Both the position numbers and the translations under genes were made by a program. From Candidatus Latescibacterota bacterium (GTDB taxonomy: Bacteria > Latescibacterota > UBA2968 > UBA8231), in assembly GCA_965223905.1 (NCBI GenBank), contig CBDCXV010000011.1, positions 1,952,001 to 2,016,000 on the forward strand: a stretch of DNA of 64,000 nucleotides. Reading direction: 5' to 3'. Below the pieces are notes generated by a model. It did not search any database. It was given only the letters and a program-made list of their open reading frames with translations, and was not told the DNA's origin. Positions 58,701-64,000 of this stretch are shown here, one piece after another (position 1 is the first letter of the stretch; each line of letters opens with the position of its first letter).

Positions 58701-60305
58701 TCAGAATCGCAGTGCGGCGACGGCCGACAGCCGGCCCCTGGGGCCCGGTGCCAAGCCAACAGAGAAGCGGCGCTCTTCATGGAAGCCGCGCATCCCTTCG
58801 GATGCAAACGCAGCCACGACGGCCGGAACGCCAACAAGGACACCGGCCGCTACGGTGCCCGATAAATAGCCAAATACACCTGTACTGGGAAGTTTATCGT
58901 ACGCTCTGTCGTCCAGTTCGCGAACTACTTGCTTACCCACCCAGCTGCCTGCCAAGGCATACATGAGGGTAACTTTGTCGTATGGATCCACAATGGTTAC
59001 GCCAAAGGCTGTCCCGACTAGGTGACCAATTGATGCCCACTGCAAAGGAGGACCTCCTATACAAATGGGAGCGTCTTGTTCTATATCTTCTGCACATCGA
59101 TTGTAAGGAACACCGATCCAAAATCCCGCCACGGCCAATAGAGTGCCCCCATAAGCACCTGCGCCAAATTTGACTGCCAATCTTTTTTTCCGGTTTTCAA
59201 GCCCCGGCAAGTGCTGGCTATACTTGGTAACCAGTCTGCGGCTGGCAGCTGCTTTCAGGCTGTCCTCTGCCACCTTGCTCCGGGGGGGCTCGGCAACGGC
59301 GGTCGCCACGGTGTCCACCGTTCCATCCGTGTCCGGAACAACGTCGAAGGGCGTATCGAGGCTCCCTGGGCCTGAGCCCCCATCTCGAGAGTCCTCATCC
59401 ACCACAATGTCTGCCAGCCGACTCTCCCGGTCCGCCGATGTCAGGGGAAGTGATCCTACCAGGACCAGCGTTTGAATGCGCTTCAGTGCGATCCGATCCT
59501 GCCGTGGATCTCGTGCTCTGGCAAGGGTCAAGTCCTTCGCATCGACAGCTTGAACGTAGCCTCTGGTCGTAACCAGTTGTTCCCACTCCCCCGAGAGCGG
59601 GTGCCGTTCTCCCTGTCCATGGACAACCACGGCATAGGCGCCCACCTTCACCGTGCTGCTGTCGATCTCGCCGGCTTCCAGAATCACCCCGGCCCGTAAT
59701 GCCTCGGCGTCGCCCGCTGCGTGCCCAGAATCTGCCAAGACTTGAAAGTGCTCCAAGGCCATCGGCGCCGCCGGACCATCCCGCCTTTTCACCCGGCTGC
59801 TGGCGATCGCATCGGCGTTGTTCGCCCTGTCTGCCGTCGCCTCCATCTCCCCGCCGGCCGGCGTACTGTCGGTGCGCCCATCCTGGGGCTGGGGACTCCG
59901 CCTCGCTGGCAATCCGTTCGATCGTGCCCTAACGGCCTGCTCCACCCCCCTCCGGGTAGGCGACCCTACCAGGACCAGCGTTTGAATGCGCTCCAAGGTC
60001 ACCGGCTTCGGCCTGCCCTTTCGTCCCATGGCCAGGGTCAACGTCTCCCCATCGACGGCCTGGATGTAGCCGCGGACGGTCTCCAGCCCTTTCCACTCCC
60101 CCGAGACCGGGTGCCGCTCCCCTTGCCCATGGATCACCACCGCAAAGGCGCCCACCTCCACCGTGCTGCTGTCGATCTCACCGGCCTCCAGAATCACCCC
60201 AGCCCGTAGCGCCTCGGCTGGATCACTGGCTGAATCCGCGTACGTAAGAGTGGCTATTGAGAGAAGCGAAATCGCCGTGACCCAAAAGACAAAGATGATG
60301 CTCAT
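58701..60305 (-). CDS. Secreted or membrane protein with two ~85-aa internal repeats
   Basis: EALRAGVILEAGEIDSSTV...HGQGERHP.SGEW...RIQTLVLVGS occurs twice; signal peptide; C-terminal ...AALRF. Confidence 0.75.
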   Translation of the reverse strand: MSIIFVFWVTAISLLSIATLTYADSASDPAEALRAGVILEAGEIDSSTVEVGAFAVVIHGQGERHPVSGEWKGLETVRGYIQAVDGETLTLAMGRKGRPKPVTLERIQTLVLVGSPTRRGVEQAVRARSNGLPARRSPQPQDGRTDSTPAGGEMEATADRANNADAIASSRVKRRDGPAAPMALEHFQVLADSGHAAGDAEALRAGVILEAGEIDSSTVKVGAYAVVVHGQGERHPLSGEWEQLVTTRGYVQAVDAKDLTLARARDPRQDRIALKRIQTLVLVGSLPLTSADRESRLADIVVDEDSRDGGSGPGSLDTPFDVVPDTDGTVDTVATAVAEPPRSKVAEDSLKAAASRRLVTKYSQHLPGLENRKKRLAVKFGAGAYGGTLLAVAGFWIGVPYNRCAEDIEQDAPICIGGPPLQWASIGHLVGTAFGVTIVDPYDKVTLMYALAGSWVGKQVVRELDDRAYDKLPSTGVFGYLSGTVAAGVLVGVPAVVAAFASEGMRGFHEERRFSVGLAPGPRGRLSAVAALRF

Positions 60306-60330
60306 ATGCCCCCCTCCTACCTTTCGCTAA

Positions 60331-63300
60331 CTAAGACGGGCCCATGATTTGAGCACCCGCACGCACCCGGGAGGTGTACGCCTGACCGTTGCTCAGCTCC
60401 GGCACCGTGTGCGACCGGGTCGACGCCTCGCTGCCGGCGATCCGCTGCCACTCCCCCAGCACCGACCGCCTCACCCGATACTCCCACCCGGTGAGGTCGT
60501 CATTGCCCGCATCGGCCCAGCGCAGCGTCACGGTCTCGTGACCGGTTCCGCACGCAGGTCGGACGGCGCACCTTGTACCGCAGGACCGGCGAACCCCCAT
60601 CCGACACCGGAGCCGTCCAGCGCAACGTCACCCGACTGTCCCCCGGCTCCGCTTCCAGATTACCGGGCGCATCCGGGACGTCGGGCAGGATCACCTGTCG
60701 GGAGAACGAAACCGCTCCGGCCCGGTCGTCCCCCGCCGCGTACTCGTACACCGCCCGCACCTGGAACCAGTACTCTTCCCCGTTCGCAAGGCCCGTTACC
60801 GGGTGCGACGCCGTCGACGCCGTGCTGCCGGGCACGTCCTGCCAATCTCCCCAAGACCCGCGGCCTCTCTGTTGCCGATATTGCCACTCCTCGATGGTCT
60901 CCGCGTTGCCCGGGTTGTCCCAGCTCAGCCTCACCTGACCTGTCCCCGCCTGCGCCCGCAACGGTATCACCGCCACCGAGTCCGACGCCTCCCCCGCCAC
61001 CCCGTCCGCGTTGACCGCCCGCACCCGGAACTGGTACGTCTTCGTCTTGTCCAGGTCACTCACCCTGTGCGTGCTCACGATCGACCGGCGGTCGTCCACC
61101 GCCGCCACCCGGTTCGAAAAGGTCAGCGGACTCGACACCGGCTGACGAACCCCCCGAGAATCCGAGCTCGAACCCGACGTGCCCGAAGCCCCTCCACCGC
61201 CAAGGAGCCGAAATGCCTCGGTCCCGGACTTGCCCCACAACTGAAACCCTTCAAACTGCGCCAGTTCAGTGGGAGAAGCCCCCGGATCGATCAAGTCGCA
61301 GAAGGGGATGCAGCTTCCGACGATCTCAAATTCTTCACCGGTCGTCGGTGCCCCGAACCCCAAAGTCCGAATCCCAAAGCCCCTGACCTTGGGCACTCCC
61401 GGACTCACCCCGTTCTCTGGAAATACACCCGACCAGTCGCTGTCGCCGCGACTGTTGGTAGCCTGCAGTTGATAGCGATACTTCCGGGAGGGGCTCAGCC
61501 CCTCGTGTGGAAAGCTCAGTCTACTGCCGATCTCGTTTCCGGTGGTTGTGGTAACAGGAAGCGGGCAGACATTCCACGACGACCAGCCCACAAGCGGAGT
61601 CAATACCGGATTACTCTGGAACCGCAGCGTATATCCAGTCACCGGCGGGGTGGCCGTAACTGTGTCCCAACTTACCAGAATCTCCCCCAACCGGGCGGTA
61701 GCCGTACCCCCGCTCGGAGCGGTCGGTATGGTGCCTCCAGATAACGTGGCGGAGGCCGGGTGAATGGAAACGGTCGCCCGGCCCACTCTCCCCGTCGATC
61801 CTGCGGGAGATCCGGCCCGCACGCCGGCCGGCAGAGTTCCGAAACCCAGAGCCAGAACCTCCGTGTCTTCGGTCTCGGTATCGTAAAGAGCGGTGAGGGT
61901 CACCCGTTTCGAGTTGTCCCCAACGTCGAATCTCAGCGTGCTGGTACTCAGGGAATAGTCGGAGGCTGTCGCGGGATTTGAATTCAGCCCAGTTAGTCCG
62001 GAATGAATCCCCTGAACCGGAATCGTAACCGTCCGGTCCGCAGGCGGGGTCAGCCGAACGGTTACGTCCACGGCTTTGCCTTCGGTGGTCCCTTCGGCGT
62101 TCGGTTCGACCACTTCGTAGGTCTCCGCACTGAAGGAAACCTTCAAAAGCCCTACCTTCATCGCTTCGGCCGGGGGGCTCCCATCCCCACCGTCGCCAAC
62201 TACGGGAGTATTGACCGCCCGTACCTGGAACTTGTGGAATACTCCGTGCGCCAGTTCCCTAACGGTATACTCGGTGTCAGAAGGTTCCGTGTTCAACATC
62301 CCAGTCCAGCCCCCCCAAGCCCCGAGAGTTTCCACACCTTCCTTGCGCCTGTACTGCCAACCAGTCATCATGGGGTCGTCCGCAACTGGTTGATCCCATC
62401 TCAGTATCACTTGTCCATCACCGGGCTCGGCCGTAAGGCTGGTTGGAGGAAAAGAGGAAGGTGCATTGTCTCGAATCTGGGTATTTTCCAAGGGGGCTGT
62501 CCCACCCGGCATGATACGAATCCCCCCCCCAGGCGTAATTGCCTTGCCAGCTAGTGCCCGATTTCTTACGAAATTGGATTTGATTCCCGGTTTCGGTTGT
62601 TAGGGTTCCATAAACAAAAACCTCGGCGAGGTCGTTGTCTGCATCCCCATGAACTGGAAATTGGTGAATATCTTCTTCTGGTTCGAATTCGATAGCAGTT
62701 CCTGATGCTATGGTCAGCGTTGCACCTGGAAAAATCACGATGTCGCCTCGCAAAGAAACGGTACCACTCCAGGTAACGTCACCGACGATGGGAAAATGAT
62801 GGAATTCTCCTTCCGGAACGTTATCTTTTGACCAGTCCTCATCTCTTGTGTCAATACTTCTCCACCTTGTGTAAAATGGACCACGTGGAGCATCATTATA
62901 TGCATCAAAACAACGTTTTAAACGTTGGGAACCAAAAAGACGCATACACCCAAGACTTTCAAAATTTGCACCCGGTGAATCAACCATAGGAGTTCCCCAA
63001 AGAAGATCAGCTCCCAGCCAGCTCATTTCAGGTTCAAGTCCCATGTTTTCAACCAGGGCTTGCCCCGAATTATTCACATTGGGAAAAGGATCAGGTAACA
63101 TCACAAGTTTGTAGGATTCAGCAATATTCGGGATTGGTCTGGATATTGTAGGGTGTAGAACAATTCCATGTGGGGTCAGATTCTCAGCACCCCCGGCACG
63201 GGTATATATTCCGGGTCTAGGCAAATTCGCATGAGATCCGGCACCGACATAAATGACAGGGTTAGCATTTCCGACGATAGATATGTAGTTTCGAAAATTT

Positions 63301-64000
63301 ACCATAGAAGGATTGGTCGTAATTTCATCCCTATCGTACACCAAACTATTACCATGAAACTTAAAATCCACCCCGTAAACCTCAGCTTCCTGCGGGTTAC
63401 GGCTGGTCACCTTGACATTGATCTTGGCCCAGTCGCCCTCATGGTCATTTGTAAAGTCATTATATGGATAGAAGCAGAAATATTTAATGATGACAGATCC
63501 GTGATTATCCGCGGCATCGCGGGTAAATACACGGGCGTATACGGTATTCGGGAAATTTTTTCCTGCCTTGAGGCCAGATTCATACTCTCTATTCCAAGAT
63601 TCCTTGTCTTCTCCGGGGTAATCAAAAAAAAATGTGGGCTTACCCATTCTCCCCCTAACTCAGTTGGAGAATCCATACCTAGATAAGCAAATTTGTTGTC
63701 GGCAAAATTGACATTGGCAAACCCCTGACTTCCAAGCAAATTCTCAAGCTCTCTCCACTGAACAGGAGTACGTCCATTCTGACTTAAGCTATTCCCGTCT
63801 GCGGTCCAAACGCTGAAGTATACATTCCATAACGATTCTGCACCCATGATTTCAACTGGTTCAGGCCGGAGTACTTCGCGGCCAGGTCGAGTGGGGTTCT
63901 TTGTAAGCACGAGCACGGGAGCGAACTTGCTTGCAAGGGTCGAGTCACTTGCCGAGTTAGCTACAAAATCAGCATATACTTGGGGACACGGCTGATAAAG
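60331..64000 (-). pseudogene. Large Fn3-repeat surface protein with Vps62/NPP1-like N-terminal domain; frameshifted, 5' end outside the window
   Basis: FAPVL, FYPYND...HEGDW, GSHAN, then Fn3 (LRW...YxFQVRAVN) and Calx-beta-like units. Breaks at A9 63624-63632, C9 62522-62530 and about 60560. Confidence 0.75.

Noticed and set aside
58520-58966. C-terminal half of the 320-aa ORF
   Set aside because: Read-through beyond a truncation, overlapping the convergent gene.

Overview
GC-rich bacterial DNA. Three ASPIC/UnbV FG-GAP proteins, TPR, ankyrin and Fn3 proteins, PhyH dioxygenases, glycoside-hydrolase-like genes and a C-terminal 'SWARIK' motif suggest, by inference only, an uncultured Latescibacterota- or Poribacteria-like, possibly sponge-associated organism. 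The window has no rRNA, canonical tRNA or CRISPR array. (1) A mandelate-racemase-family gene (9071-15944) is broken by a 4.6-kb IS1595-family cargo element (9238-13811; 80-bp TIRs, 8-bp TSD), by an intact ISL3 (13956-15311) and by a deletion with micro-inversion. Both TIRs of the IS1595 element carry an inward-facing TGnTATAAT. Its interior holds a duplicated RNA-like hairpin, a tRNA-like cloverleaf with a 12-nt anticodon loop, a group II intron 5' half, other IS remnants and an intact secreted-protein passenger. (2) An envelope cluster (SGNH-TPR, TPR/FG-GAP, ABC exporter, Cys-motif lipoprotein) lies at 16-27 kb. (3) A defence-rich zone lies at 36-55 kb: a repeat-flanked PD-(D/E)xK-like plus PIN cassette, an Hhe-like DUF4011 helicase-nuclease, and a co-oriented vapB-vapC-Type ISP-like RM-AAA ATPase-TOPRIM-like(DUF3226) run. 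(4) A mosaic Fn3 surface protein with homopolymer frameshifts runs off the right end. Several single-base frameshifts may be sequencing errors. All family assignments come from motif recognition by eye, not database searches.
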